From Octopus bimaculoides (taxonomy: Eukaryota): a stretch of DNA of 64,000 nucleotides. The notes beneath the pieces were generated by a model, which searched no databases, was not told the DNA's origin, and saw nothing but the letters and a program-made list of their open reading frames with translations. Below, one piece after another: positions 13,860-26,845 of this stretch. Each line of letters starts with the position of its first letter. Position 1 is the stretch's first letter. The stretch is from contig NC_068989.1 in the NCBI RefSeq assembly GCF_001194135.2, positions 4,142,699 to 4,206,698 on the forward strand. Direction: 5' to 3'. A program made the position numbers and the translations under genes.

Positions 13860-14022
13860 TAAACCTGGGAAATTAGTTTTGCTAGTGGTAGAACAGTTGA
13901 GAGAACTGAGGCAACCTTAGATGAAATATTTTGCTTAAGAAAAAATTGCACCCCCACTCCGGAATCGAGATCACTCTCTTACGATTGGAAGTACAGCACT
14001 CTAACTACTAGATCACGCGCCT
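13860..14022 (-). mobile_element. tRNA-derived SINE 5' part
   Basis: Minus strand begins AGGCGCGTGATCTAGTAGTTAGAGTGCTGTAC...GATCTCGATTCCGG (A and B boxes); body resembles 43480-43739. Confidence 0.65.
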
Positions 14023-14030
14023 TTAACAAA

Positions 14031-14244
14031 TATTGTTTTCTACTGTAGGCAAAAGACCCGAAATTTTGGGGGAGGTGGCCAGTCGATTAGATCGACCCAG
14101 TACACAACTGATATTTAATTTATCGACCCCGAAAGGATGAAAGGCAACGTCGACCTCGGCGGAATTTGAACTCAGAACTCAAAGTCAGACGAAACGCCGT
14201 TAAGCATTTCGTCCAGCATGCTAACGGTTCTGCCAGCTCGCCGC
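14031..14244 (-). mobile_element. tRNA-derived SINE (Meta-like central domain), full length
   Basis: Minus strand: GCGGCGAGCTGGCAGAACCGTTAGC (A box), GAGTTCAAATTCC (B box), GCCTTTCATCCTTTCGGGGTCGATAAATTAA domain; several sister copies in the window. Confidence 0.9.
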
Positions 14245-14290
14245 GTTGCCTTTACCAAATATTAAGACATATCTGCAATTGATTTCAAGC

Positions 14291-14492
14291 TCTGGCACAA
14301 TTCCACAAATTTGGGAGGGGGGGGTAGTAAGTCAATTACATCGACCCCAATATTCAGCAGGTACTTATGTTTTAGACCCCGAACGGATCAATGGCAAAGT
14401 CGACTTCGGTAGATTTTGGACTCATTACGTAAAGGCGGACGAAATGCCGCAAAGCATTTCTCCCGGCATGCTAGTGATTCTGCCAGCTCGCC
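14291..14492 (-). mobile_element. tRNA-derived SINE (Meta-like), tandem second copy
   Basis: Same head (GGCGAGCTGGCAGAATCACTAGCATGCCGGG) and body as 14031-14244. Confidence 0.85.
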
Positions 14493-15260
14493 ATTTTAAG
14501 AATTGTTTGGAGACAAAAAGATAGCTATGGGCACGTGTTTCTTCCGTCTGGCGTCATCAGCGTTCACTCCAGCTGATACTAATTCATACACAAAAAGGAA
14601 TAGAAAGCATTTATATCCTAGTTTAATTTGCATAATTTAAACGAAGGTGAGACGCGACATATAATTGACAGTTGCTAATGGTATCAGAAGGGACAGCAAA
14701 GATGGATAAATGGTTTTCATTTAATTTGGGAGAGCAATGTTCTAACATGTCTCAGTATTAGCGGGTATGGCGTGGAAGAAAACGGAGATCAATATTTTCG
14801 ACATTCAAAATTCGTACATCCTTGCTAAACGAGGGTGCCTCTACATCCTTGCGTGATTTGCTAAAAGCAGTTGTCATGCTCAAATAACATTACCACTGAC
14901 TTAGGAAAGGATTCACGGAATATCGCGGCGTTGGATTCAGTGCGGATAGAAAAAAGAAACCGTTTTGGTCGTGGGTGGATTGGTTTCGACTAGAGTTAAC
15001 CTAGTGCAAAGCAACAGCGACTTCAGATTCGTTGAAGTATGTGTTCTAGTTACCAAGATATTATTCTAGCAATTATTCCCGGGGAAGGCTTTCATCCTTT
15101 TGGAGTCAATAAAATAACAACCACTCAAGTACTGCTCCTGTTGTAACCGACTATATTTACCACCCGTCCCCCACCCCACCAATTTATACTCTTGTGCCTA
15201 TGGTAGAAATCATTATGGAATAATAATGAGTTTTCAGTTTTCTGTTTGTAGCAATTTCCC

Positions 15261-15352
15261 TTCTTCTTCTTCTTCTTCTTCTTCTTCTTCTTCTTCTTCT
15301 TCTTCTTCTTCTTCTTCTTCTTCTTCTTCTTCTTCTTCTTCTTCTTCTTCTC
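15261..15352. repeat. (TTC)n microsatellite, about 30 units
   Basis: Directly visible. Confidence 0.95.
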
Positions 15353-16106
15353 CTTCACTAATGTGTGTGTTTGTGAAAGACACAAACATCACGTCATTTA
15401 ACTGCTCCATCCCTGACAAGCTAAGGCCATTTTCCTACGCCAGAAATCAATAGTTTAATTCGTTTGGGTGTGATCTATGGTTTAATACTGCCTCAATTAT
15501 TAGATTTTCTTTCATATGCAACTATTGATTTTCTACTTAAGCACAAGGATATATTCAGAAAGAAGGTATTTGAATACTGAATCGGACAATCTATTACCGT
15601 GGTTTGAAAAACAAAATTTAACCAATGGGGTTTCGACTCGGAATTTATAGGAGTGATAGGAACAAATGCTGTTTTATCGATTTTGAAGGAACGAATTGCA
15701 AAGCCAGCCTCATCACTATCTAAAAGCAGAATGTATAGGGAGCAATTATAAGTTTTTATATGGCATTCAAGTATAAAATTGAGGTAAAAATGATTTTTGG
15801 TAGCCCTACTGATACGATTCGAACAAATATATTTAATACTTGCCGGCAGATAGCCCTGATGATCACAGGGTTTCTACAACTAATTCTCGTTATCAATTAT
15901 AAATATTTCATTCTGATATTAATAACAGATATTGACAAGAAGGAGATGGAGGTAAACTCTAGACTATGATTTCATTCAAAATTAAATAAAAGTATTTCAA
16001 GACAAAGTTGTAGTATTCAACATAAGAAGGTATTTCCCCTCTGTTCGAGGTAACCGATGATAAATAACTCCAAGAATCAAATGAGCCCGAGTTTCTAAGA
16101 CACAAC

Positions 16107-16290
16107 TGAAAATAATGTGAGACAATGATTTTAACAGGAGGAACTTAGTCGCTAGCAGTGACTGATTACTTGACTAGTACTTTAGTTTATCGACCCCGAA
16201 AAGATAAAAGATGATATCCGGATTTGTACTCAAGAAAAAATTACGCAACGCCATTTTATTAATAATCTAACGATGCTACAACCTCGGCGC
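16107..16290 (-). mobile_element. Decayed Meta-like SINE with a distinctive 28-nt 3' extension
   Basis: Contains TTTATCGACCCCGAAAAGATAAAAG. Its left end, TGAAAATAATGTGAGACAATGATTTTAA, is identical to 29484-29511. Confidence 0.55.
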
Positions 16291-16317
16291 CTACATAATG
16301 ATTAATAATAGATGTAT

Positions 16318-16530
16318 TCCTTTCTACTCTAGGCACAAGACCTGAAATTTTAGAGGCTGGGGATAGTTGATTACATCGATCCGAGTGCAAAACTTGTACT
16401 TATTTCATCGACCTGGTAAGGGTGAAAGGCAGAGTGGACTTCGGCGGTATTTGAATTCAGAATGCAAAGGCAGACGATATCTGCAAAGCATTTTGTCCGA
16501 TGTGTTAACGATTCTGCCAGCTTGCAGCCT
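16318..16530 (-). mobile_element. tRNA-derived SINE (Meta-like), full length
   Basis: TTTCTACTCTAGGCACAAG tail, GGTGAAAGGCAGAGT domain, GTTAACGATTCTGCCAGCTTGC head. Confidence 0.85.
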
Positions 16531-17859
16531 TAATGCTAGATATAATGAGCCAATCAGCCCGAATTAGAAACAGAAGACGACAACTGACGGAATTTAACGA
16601 TGTTAGTTAAGTGTTGCTCTTGTCTTAAATAACTAAATTCCATAATATCTTTTGTAGGTCTTCTGAAACATATTTTACGAAATTAATATTCCATTTGAAT
16701 AATGACATACAAACTCAATCTCACATTTGTATATTTGTCTATATCTTCAATATGTATCTACCTATCTATCTATCCGTCTAACCGGTTAGCTACCTAGCTA
16801 TCAATCTGTCAATTTGTCAGTGTATCGGTCTCCTTAAATGTCTTTGTCTATCTAAATAGCTATTTATTCATCTACCTATCTTCCTCTTTACCATCACTCA
16901 ATCTATCTGTCCTCTTGCGTGTGTATGTATACGTATATATATATGTATATATATATATATATNNNNNNNNNNNNNNNNNNNNNNNNNNNNNNNNNNNNNN
17001 NNNNNNNNNNNNNNNNNNNNNNNNNNNNNNNNNNNNNNNNNNNNNNNNNNNNNNNNNNNNNNNNNNNNNNNNNNNNNNNNNNNNNNNNNNNNNNNNNNNN
17101 NNNNNNNNNNNNNNNNNNNNNNNNNNNNNNNNNNNNNNNNNNNNNNNNNNNNNNNNNNNNNNNNNNNNNNNNNNNNNNNNNNNNNNNNNNNNNNNNNNNN
17201 NNNNNNNNNNNNNNNNNNNNNNNNNNNNNNNNNNNNNNNNNNNNNNNNNNNNNNNNNNNNNNNNNNNNNNNNNNNNNNNNNNNNNNNNNNNNNNNNNNNN
17301 NNNNNNNNNNNNNNNNNNNNNNNNNNNNNNNNNNNNNNNNNNNNNNNNNNNNNNNNNNNNNNNNNNNNNNNNNNNNNNNNNNNNNNNNNNNNNNNNNNNN
17401 NNNNNNNNNNNNNNNNNNNNNNNNNNNNNNNNNNNNNNNNNNNNNNNNNNNNNNNNNNNNNNNNNNNNNNNNNNNNNNNNNNNNNNNNNNNNNNNNNNNN
17501 NNNNNNNNNNNNNNNNNNNNNNNNNNNNNNNNNNNNNNNNNNNNNNNNNNNNNNNNNNNNNNNNNNNNNNNNNNNNNNNNNNNNNNNNNNNNNNNNNNNN
17601 NNNNNNNNNNNNNNNNNNNNNNNNNNNNNNNNNNNNNNNNNNNNNNNNNNNNNNNNNNNNNNNNNNNNNNNNNNNNNNNNNNNNATTCATCTACCTATCT
17701 TCCTCTTTACCATCACTCAATCTATCTGTCCTCTTGCGTGTGTATGTATACGTATATATATATGTATATATATATAGGTAGGTAGGTAGGTAAAGAGGTA
17801 GTGTGCGTTTGCGTAATGGTGTACGAGAGTGTGTGCGTAGGTATGTATGTCTGTTTTTG

Positions 17860-18080
17860 TCTTTCTGTTTGTGTTTATGCTTCCGGTACCGTTTGGCAAC
17901 CGGTGTCAGTTAGTTTACGTCCCCGAAATATAGCCGTTTAGTATAAACAAATGCCGATAGAATGATTACCTGAGTTGAAATGAATACGTCCTAGGGGTCG
18001 ATTTATTCGATTGAATCCTCCAAAGCGGTGCTCCAGCATGGCCGCAGCCCAGTGAGTAAAACAAATAAAACATAAATGAT
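17860..18080 (+). mobile_element. CORE-type SINE 3' half
   Basis: TTTACGTCCCCG...CCGATAGAAT...GGGGTCGATTTATTCGA...GCGGTGCTCCAGCATGGCCGCAG, as at 46720-46925. Confidence 0.8.
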
Positions 18081-18383
18081 ATAAGCTCATAGAAATGAAA
18101 AAACAAAAACGTTCTCTCCGAGTGTGAATTGTGTGTGAGATGATGTTTGAGTTTCTGCTCACATTTCATCTATCACTCACATTGCCTGTTTGAGTTACAC
18201 TCTGCCATCTTAGACTGATTCCTCTTGTAACTTTATCACCTCGTTGTTTCTTATTTCACCTCTCAATGTTATGACTTATTGTCCTATAGAACCATCGAGT
18301 AAGATTACAGACACCTCATAGATTTAGATATTCTGTTGTATTAGATTAAGAAGGAAGTTGTTACCTACACACACACACACACA

Positions 18384-18421
<38 letters not shown>

Positions 18422-19529
18422 TATATACATATATATATATTTACACACACACACATGTATATGTATGTATGAATGAATATACACGACGGCTTGTAAACAT
18501 CTAAGAAACAAAAAAAAATCGATAACAGCGATGTTTTTTTTTTCTTCATCTTCCGTATCACGACTAAAGATTGTTGTTTCTCTATAGACAGAATTATTCA
18601 AACCTATATGCAACATTTTTTATTCACATACACTACCTCATACTCTCTCTCTCTCTTTCCATCTCTTCTCCCTCTCTCTTTCACTTTCTCTTTCACTCTC
18701 TCTCTCTCTCTCTCTCTCTCGCTCTCTCTCTCTCTCTATGTTTTCTCTTTTTACATTCTCTTTTTATGTCAAACTTTTGCTTGTATAAATTCTTTTCTTT
18801 CTCTCTTTCACTCTTTCTTTCTATAACTTACTCTTCTTTTTATCCTCCTCCTTCCCTCTCTTATTTTAGCCCTATCTTCCAATCATTATTTCTCTCACAA
18901 CTTTATTTTAATATCTCGTCGTCCATTAAATTACTCTTCTTTGCTTTCCTACTTTCACTTTCACTTTAAACATTATCTTTCCTTTTCTTTCTCACCCATT
19001 CCTCTCATTACACATAACACTCTCTCTCCCTCTCCCTCTCTACCTCCTTAACTCCCTCAGCCCGCACCTCCTCACTATCACATGTCTCTCTTTCTCTATC
19101 TTTCTTTAAAAAATATTTAATTCTCAATTTCCTTTCTTTTTCCCAGACATTATTCAAATTTTTGTACATTTTCCTTTCTTCTTTTCTCCGCCAAGTTTTT
19201 ATTCTCTTTTTTCTCGCACCCCTCTTCAACTACTTATTATTAGTAGTAATAATAGTACTCGTAGATATACTCGTATTACCTCTACGCTTCCTTTGTCTCA
19301 TCTATTGCTAAACGATCTGTTTGTCTTCTAGAGATCACATACCGTCTGTCTTTATTGTAAAATGTAGACAACTTAAATTTCCTTATGTTCCTATTAATAT
19401 TATCATTTTGGCAAGTGCCAACCAAAGAGAAACTGTGATTTCTTAACTTGCTAGAACTCCCTGAAATAAAGCTGCTATTTTCAAAACCAAAAAGGTTTTT
19501 TTTTAATTATATACTCCTAGATCTTCTTA

Positions 19530-19950
19530 CTCTTAGATTTTCCTGTACAGTTGGTACACCGGGTAACAAGACGCCTTCAGTCACTTTGGTGCTGATGCCA
19601 GTTTGCTTCAGATCTCTTTTGAAGATGGCGTACCATATCTTCGTTGGTTTACCACTTCTCTGTTATCCCTCTGTTTATGGCCGTCCAAATGGACTGGCTT
19701 GGAAGGAGATACTTTTAAGCGTAAGTTTGTCCAATCAAATTTGACTTGAGCTTACACAACCATAACATCAATAACTTCATTGATCTGAATATTATTAGGG
19801 TGCATAAATGGTAAAATGGAGAGAGAATGGAGTATGAAGCCCTGCGAGGTTTCCTTACTTCACTTAGTTCAAATACGCACAGTGGATAACATGTCCCTGG
19901 TAAGTGATATATTAAGATCTCCACTGGACAAAATGACCTCATATGAGCAA
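19530..19950 (-). mobile_element. RTE-clade LINE remnant (RT C-terminal region)
   Basis: Frameshifted minus-strand pieces EVRKPRRASYSIL...TLIIFRS and RSGKPTKIWYAIFKRDLKQTGIS resemble the RTE C-terminal R.RGRP..W...K.DL...GI motif. Confidence 0.5.
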
Positions 19951-20329
19951 CGGAGGAGTACTTCTCCCGGGGACTGACCTAAACAAGGTCTGAAAAGGGT
20001 GTATTTGTAAAAGGTTAGCAATGGCTCATGTAACAAGTTTCCCTTCTCACGCCATTGAATAGAAACGCTCATGTGTGACACATCTTGGTTCGAATACTGT
20101 CGCAGAGGAACACAGAACGTAAAAGTTTCAATCTTTGCAGGCATCATTAAAATATATACAACTCAAATAGTGAATGTGACTTAAAGATTTAAATGGTTGT
20201 AATCTTCTTCAATCTTTATGAGTTCGTTTGTGGACAAGATTAAAAATTATTACAGAGCAGTTGTTTGCATTACCTCTTGCAAAAGTGCTTTGAAACAAGT
20301 GATTGATTGATTATTCTATCCAGCACGAT

Positions 20330-20760
20330 AAATTATTCCCAAAATCTCCACCCGGGGCTCAATGCGTACCGCCATAAGATAGATGCTTCCATAGTCTTCG
20401 ATCGTTGGTAAGATCATTCTGGGAAACCATGTCAAGAGCTGTCCATGCTGTGATTCTATCTCTCTAGCTCTTACATTGCCGACCTCTGTTTCTCTTTCCA
20501 ATCGCTTTGTGTGGATAGGCAGTTTGTGTACTTTACTTTTCAACGACAATAGTGACTGATGATAATTTGGTTATTTGTCTCAGCTCTTCGGTTCTGACAT
20601 GGTCTGAGAGATTTGCGTTTGTTATAAAGTTGCATTACACGACACTCAATGACTTCCAGTTGACACATTCTCGCCCTTATTGTATCGATAGGAAGAGATT
20701 AACAAATCTAATGTGTTGTACAGATCTCAAGTATTATGTAATTTCTCTACTTCCGAAACA
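20330..20760 (-). mobile_element. RTE-clade LINE 3' remnant
   Basis: Minus strand reads LSDHVRTEELRQITKL...GKRNRGRQCKS*RDRITAWT...DRRLWKHL, the typical RTE/BovB C-terminus, with stop codons. Confidence 0.75.
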
Positions 20761-21603
20761 TGTATTATTAGTCAGTATTTCTTCCTGAGTTCACGGCAGA
20801 GATTGGTTTCATCATAGGTACTTAGGCTCAGTGAGAGATAATTGTACCAACAGTGATAGCCAGATTCCTGCTTCTGTTTAAGAAATTGATAGAAGTACGT
20901 TACACTGTGTAAACTGTGAATTTCTGAGATAGAAAGCATCAGTAGCAGTACCGAATACGATTCGAACTTCCAGTTTTATTGGCTCTTGTTAACGGTGACT
21001 TGTAACCGGAAGAATACTCTGTTGTATAAGAGGGTGTACAGTTACACTGCTCAAGGATTATACGTGCAATAAGAATATAAATGCCTATTTTTAAAAGGAA
21101 AGTTTGTCAAATGCATTTGTATAGTTTAAAATACGTTTGTCCAATGTGCGATGTAAAAGGTTTGTTGTTCGTAGTGGTGCCAGATCAGAATTGTAAAGTT
21201 ATACAGAATATCACAGTTCATACACGCGCTTTCTATTGTATAATCTTTGCTTTAGATCTGGTTTCGTTTGGTTTCTACAAATGCAGCAGATCAATCAAAA
21301 CTGATCGACAACGTTGTTCACTGCTGGAATGTAGAATTATCAGCAACAAAATCAGTGAATGTTTTATGATATTACGTCCCTTTACATTGTAAATTCAAAT
21401 CTTTGCATTGCATTCTTCAACAGCCTATAAAAGTAAAATACGTGTAAAATACGAGTCAAATTTGTTTTGACTTTAATCTAACGTCAAATTTAATTAAACC
21501 CTCACGCTGATACACGGGATTCAATTATACAATACATCGCAAAGCGTTACCTCCGCAACAATATTATTATTTGTTATCACTTAAGAAGCAGAATCATTTG
21601 TGC

Positions 21604-21780
21604 GTCGGACAAACTGATAAGCATTTCTTTGGGTTTTACGCTTCGAGTTCGAATATCGCCGAGGTCCAGTTTGTCTTACATCATTTTTCCGTCAATCAAA
21701 TAAGTACCAACTGAGCACTGTGATCGACTTGCTCCTCCCCTCAAAATTACTGGCCTGGGACCGTACAATTAGAAAGAATA
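21604..21780 (+). mobile_element. Decayed Meta-like SINE
   Basis: GAGTTCGAATATCGCCGAGGTC B box, AAATAAGTACCAACTGAGCACTG, AAAATTACTGGCC tail. Confidence 0.65.
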
Positions 21781-23055
21781 ATTTCTTGTCATTTAAGATG
21801 TTAGAATGGTAGAATTGTTAAGAAAGGTCAAATCCTGGCGTGGCTGATATTTTGTATAATTCTTGTCTCCCAGAGTCGATAAAATAAGCATCGACCAAGC
21901 AGTGGGTTGACCTAATAAATTGTACCCCTTCTCTTAAAGTTCATGGTTTTCTATATTTATTCCAATTCATTATCCCCTGTGAGCATAATAAAATACATTA
22001 AAAGTACGAAGATACAAGATTTCTCTACCAATAAATACCCTGTCTGCTTCGACCAGTTACAAGCGTCTGATAGCTTCAACAGAATACGAGGCTAGTGAAC
22101 CTTATTCTCAATCTCAACATTCTACTAATGCAACAATTCTCAGACGTTCAATAATTGCTAAAATATTGCATATAGCTGTATTACCATTCTCTCATAGTCG
22201 ACCCTTATCTCATTTTCAAGACAGACGTTTTCTCCTTATATTTTTCTACCATCATATCCTGCTTGGTTTTGTCAGAAATACTAATGCGAAATTTGTTTTC
22301 CTCGACGAGAATGTTTTAGTAGCCTATTCCATCCTTAAACTGAGAAATGTAAAAGCATTAGAAGAGAGAAAAGTAGTCATGTCCGAGAGAAGACATTAAA
22401 AAACCGACAGAAATTCTGATAGAAATTGTTTAGCTTTATTTTGCTTTTACTAACGTATTTTATGTTAGATTTCAATATATCGGTGATGAAAGGCAAATGT
22501 TGCGACACACTCGATCGACAAAAACCTCAATATGTTTCAGAAAACATTGAGAAACGAATTGAGGATTATTAAACCATTAACAAATTATTGATAAATAGAT
22601 AGGCGTCCCAAAACGTTGAGATTAATTTCAAATCTCTCACAAGAGATTAAAATAGATTACAACTCAAGCATTGCTTAAAATAGAGTAAAATACATGACTA
22701 GAATTATATGTTATTTCCTTCTATTTGATGGGTGAACTAAGATTGACCGATAAACACGGGTTTGCCAACGTATACATTGCAATGCAGACGGGCAAAGCGT
22801 AGTGAACTCGCAAATTTTATGCACTTTCCATGAATATCTCTGCAAATAATTATTAAACGATCAGTTTTAATTCATTAATCGTTTTAACTTTGCCTGATTA
22901 TACTTCAAATTGATAGTATCTGAGTCATTTTGGTATCGTAATTGTCTACCAATCACTTATATATTTTTACCCCAAACTAGTCAGGCTCTCTGCGACTCAT
23001 CTAAGTTTGACTGTGTACGGGCATATGTATGTGGGTGCATATGTGCAAGCATGCG

Positions 23056-23098
<43 letters not shown>

Positions 23099-23145
23099 GT
23101 ATATCTATCTATCTATATACATACATATATATATGTATATATATA

Positions 23146-23180
<35 letters not shown>

Positions 23181-24377
23181 NNNNNNNNNNNNNNNNNNNN
23201 NNNNNNNNNNNNNNNNNNNNNNNNNNNNNNNNNNNNNNNNNNNNNNNNNNNNNNNNNNNNNNNNNNNNNNNNNNNNNNNNNNNNNNNNNNNNNNNNNNNN
23301 NNNNNNNNNNNNNNNNNNNAGATATCATGTGATCGGTGAGCACTAAATCTCCTTTTGAAACTTAAAACCAGGGAAGTATTTCACATGTGAAACAGCAGAT
23401 GACTGCAGAACTCACCCCCGCCCACCTCGATAATGAAATTGATCAGGCGTTTGTGCATTTCACTTCCGGGGAAAGGGCAAACCTTCCGCTGAGATGGTTC
23501 CTTAATCATAATAATTATTTAACGTTTGCGTTTTATAGATACAAAAAAAATATGCTTTTGAGGTCGACCATAAAGTTTACACAGAATTAAATGTTCATAT
23601 TAACTAATGCTTCATTCTCTTTCAAGCCATTTTCAAATGCGTTCTCCTAAAATTCCTGGAGAGCAAGGCTCTCTCACTGGATGTTATATTTCCACATCAA
23701 CAATTAACCTGCCAATTTTCACCTTAATGACTTTTCCATTAATTACAAATAATTTCGATTATTTATAGGGATAACTTCAACACCTGTTGTGTATCTAAAA
23801 TCTGAAGGGTTTATTTTGTACTTAGCATGCATTAAACGTATTTTATGATGAAGAACGAACCAATCGTTTATATATACCAGTAAATATATTTGCAATACGC
23901 AAATTCATAAAATCGCAATACGCACATCTGGTTTGTCTTCCGTTTACATTTTCTGAGTTTTCTTTTTTTTATTTTTTGGCTTTTAAGCTGCAATGAGAGA
24001 AATAAACAATCGATCAAAAGAAAAAAGGAAAAAAAAAATATGAATGATAATATTAATGGGATTGTACCCAAAATACTGAAATTATAAATCCCAAAACCTG
24101 GAATATGTCCAAAGAGAGAAATCTTTAAATCCATAAATTAAGAATAAAACGGAAAAGAGTGAGCATCAGATGGGGAAAATCGATTTATCTTACTGTAGCA
24201 ATCAATCAGAAGACAAAAACCAAAACCAGATGTGGTGCAATGAAGTAGACCGAGATTTTCGTGAGGGTTTCGCAGTAAATTAGTGTCACTTTATATAGCT
24301 CAATCTAAATTTAGATATTCTGTTTTGTAATTTGGCTCGTGTGTTAGTCTGTTTTCTGTTTCTTTTCCCCCCGACAA

Positions 24378-24517
24378 GCATGGCTGCGGGGTTTAGGGGG
24401 CTGCTTTGCAATCACGTTGGCTTCGTTATGCGGCAACATGGGTAAGTCTCTTCTATTATGGTTTGTGAGTGAATTTGGTAGACGGAAACTGCTTGGAAAC
24501 CCGTTCTATGCATATAC

Positions 24518-24520
<3 letters not shown>
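24378..24520 (+). mobile_element. CORE-type SINE 5' part, decayed
   Basis: CATGGGTAAGTCTCTTCTATTAT...TTGTGAGTGAATTTGGTAGACGGAAACTG, as in the 53108-53490 copy. Confidence 0.65.
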
Positions 24521-24579
<59 letters not shown>

Positions 24580-25009
24580 NNNNNNNNNNNNNNNNNNNNN
24601 NNNNNNNNNNNNNNNNNNNNNNNNNNNNNNNNNNNNNNNNNNNNNNNNNNNNNNNNNNNNNNNNNNNNNNNNNNNNNNNNNNNNNNNNNNNNNNNNNNNN
24701 NNNNNNNNNNNNNNNNNNNNNNNNNNNNNNNNNNNNNNNNNNNNNNNNNNNNNNNNNNNNNNNNNNNNNNNNNNNNNNNNNNNNNNNNNNNNNNNNNNNN
24801 NNNNNNNNNNNNNNNNNNNNNNNNNNNNNNNNNNNNNNNNNNNNNNNNNNNNNNNNNNNNNNNNNNNNNNNNNNNNNNNNNNNNNNNNNNNNNNNNNNNN
24901 NNNNNNNNNNNNNNNNNNNNNNNNNNNNNNNNNNNNNNNNNNNNNNNNNNNNNNNNNNNNNNAGACAGACTGGCATAATTGGTAGAGCGGTAAACAACAG
25001 ATCTTACAC

Positions 25010-25223
25010 TAGGAGGGGGTGCTGAAAAGTTTGTGCTTCCAAAGGTTTGACGAAAGACCTGGCGAGAGGCCAAACTTTACGAGTTCTTTAACAGTACTTA
25101 GAAAAACGGAAGTAAAGGTGCAATAAGTGTGAGAATACGAGAGGGGAATATGTATTTTCATTTACCCCTCCTTCCTGTATTTTCATATACTCAACGCCAG
25201 GAACTTTTCGGCACCACGTCGTT
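25010..25223 (+). mobile_element. Mariner-derived MITE
   Basis: Imperfect TIRs GAGGGGGTGCTGAAAAGTT and GGAACTTTTCGGCACCACGTCG. The internal AAGTGTGAGAATACGAGAGGGGAATATGTA translates as KCENTRGEYV, like the mariner transposase C-terminal KC....GEYV. Confidence 0.7.
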
Positions 25224-25259
25224 TGACTCAGTCAAAGATCAAATTCTGCAGCGGTCGAT

Positions 25260-25450
25260 TTCATCCAACCATCCCTAAGGATTTGGATACAATAAGGGCA
25301 AAGGAAAATCTCGATCTGTTCGACTACATTTCTCGTTCTTTCAGAAATTATAATGTAGTTAATATTATTATGTATGTTTGGCCTGAAGTCGGTTTCTCCT
25401 TCAGAAGAGCCATGATGAATTCGATAAACGCATTCAAACCAGGCCAATTC
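25260..25450 (+). mobile_element. Probable RTE RT C-terminal remnant
   Basis: DTIRAKENLDLFD...IIMYVWPEV...RR resembles RTE (W)T.....LD.F....I....W. It shares GATACAATAAGGGC with the sense strand of the 20330-20760 RTE remnant. Confidence 0.35.
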
Positions 25451-25847
25451 TGTCTGGAGATATACATACATACATACATACATACATACATACATACGTA
25501 CGTACATACATACATACATATGGATGGGGGTAAGTATGTGTTAGATGAATATGAATGCATGCATATATGTACGTGTGTGCGTGTATGTCTGCGTATACAT
25601 ATATATATATATGTACACATATATTTGTATGTATATATATATATACATATACGTGTACATACATATGTGTGTGTGTATATATATATATATATATAGATGC
25701 ATGCATGTATACATATACCATGCCATGTATATGCATGCATATGCTTATCTCATTTTGCGTTTTTACGCGTATATACATGTTTGTGTGCGTTCATATTAAC
25801 GATATAGTCTTCTTTAACCCGTTCACTCTCCTTCTCTGTCTCACTTA

Positions 25848-25949
<102 letters not shown>

Positions 25950-26053
25950 TTCTGTCTCTTAATATACCCACATTCACGCGCATAACATATATAGATAAAT
26001 CTAGATATAATAGCCTCCTCTCACTCTCTCACTCACACACACTCTGTTTCATA

Positions 26054-26104
<51 letters not shown>

Positions 26105-26105
26105 T

Positions 26106-26146
<41 letters not shown>

Positions 26147-26174
26147 ACATACATACATACATACATACATGCAC

Positions 26175-26205
<31 letters not shown>

Positions 26206-26545
26206 AACACACATACATATACTTATAACAGCAGCTGTCGCGAAAGGAGTGAATGCGCTGTTAATGTCAATTCAATTAGCGCCTCAGGCGGTGATGTGCC
26301 TCGACTGCCGAGCAAATAAATGGATACTTAACTCCCACCAGACTGTCGATATGAATAAACAACAGACGAGCACATGGAAAAGTATGACGCTCTACTGATT
26401 CTGATCTTGAAACAACCATAGAACATTGAAGCGTTCCCACAACACCTTCCTAACAGAAATGACAACTTCCTTGAATATTATCCAACTGCTTCGCAAAAGG
26501 AGAAATATATTGGATGATATTGCTGTTTATGTTGCTATTGCTAGT

Positions 26546-26845
26546 GGAGGCGCAATGGCCCTGTGGTTAGGGCAGCGGACTCGTGGTCATAGGATCGCGG
26601 TTCCGATTCCCAGACCGGGCGCTGTGACTGTTTATTGAGCGAAAATACCTAAAGTCCTCGAGGCCCCGGCAGGGGATGGTGGCGGACCCTGCTGTACTCT
26701 TTCACCACAACTTTCTCTCACTCTTTCTTCCTGCTTCTGTTGTGCCTGTATTTCAAAGGGTCAGCCTTGTCACACTGTGTCACGCTGAATATCACCGAGA
26801 ACTACGTTAAGGGTACACGTGTCTGTGGAGTGCTCAGCCACTTGT
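26546..26845 (+). mobile_element. Young tRNA-derived SINE, truncated by a gap
   Basis: GGAGGCGCAATGGCCCTGTGGTTAGGGCAGCGGACTCG...GGTTCCGATTCCCAGACC tRNA head. The tail GTCACGCTGAA...CGTGTCTGTGGAGTG is shared with 46955-47221. Confidence 0.9.

Noticed and set aside
14521-14560. Minus-strand CUGAUGA...GAAACACGUG
   Set aside because: No stem I or stem II, and no U at position 16.1.
21081-21392. 103-aa ORF, and a minus-strand FVETK motif like a LINE AP endonuclease
   Set aside because: The match is too short and riddled with stops; it cannot be assigned.
25260-25330. TIPKDLDTIRAKENLDLFDY resembles the aldo-keto reductase IPKS....RI.EN.D.FDF motif
   Set aside because: There is no good donor site and no other AKR exons. 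The segment also matches the RTE remnant at 20330-20760 and runs into microsatellite, so a decayed LINE is the simpler reading.
26546-26620. tRNA gene candidates (also at 11038, 14244 and 51581)
   Set aside because: The heads have A and B boxes but no complete cloverleaf, and they continue into SINE bodies.
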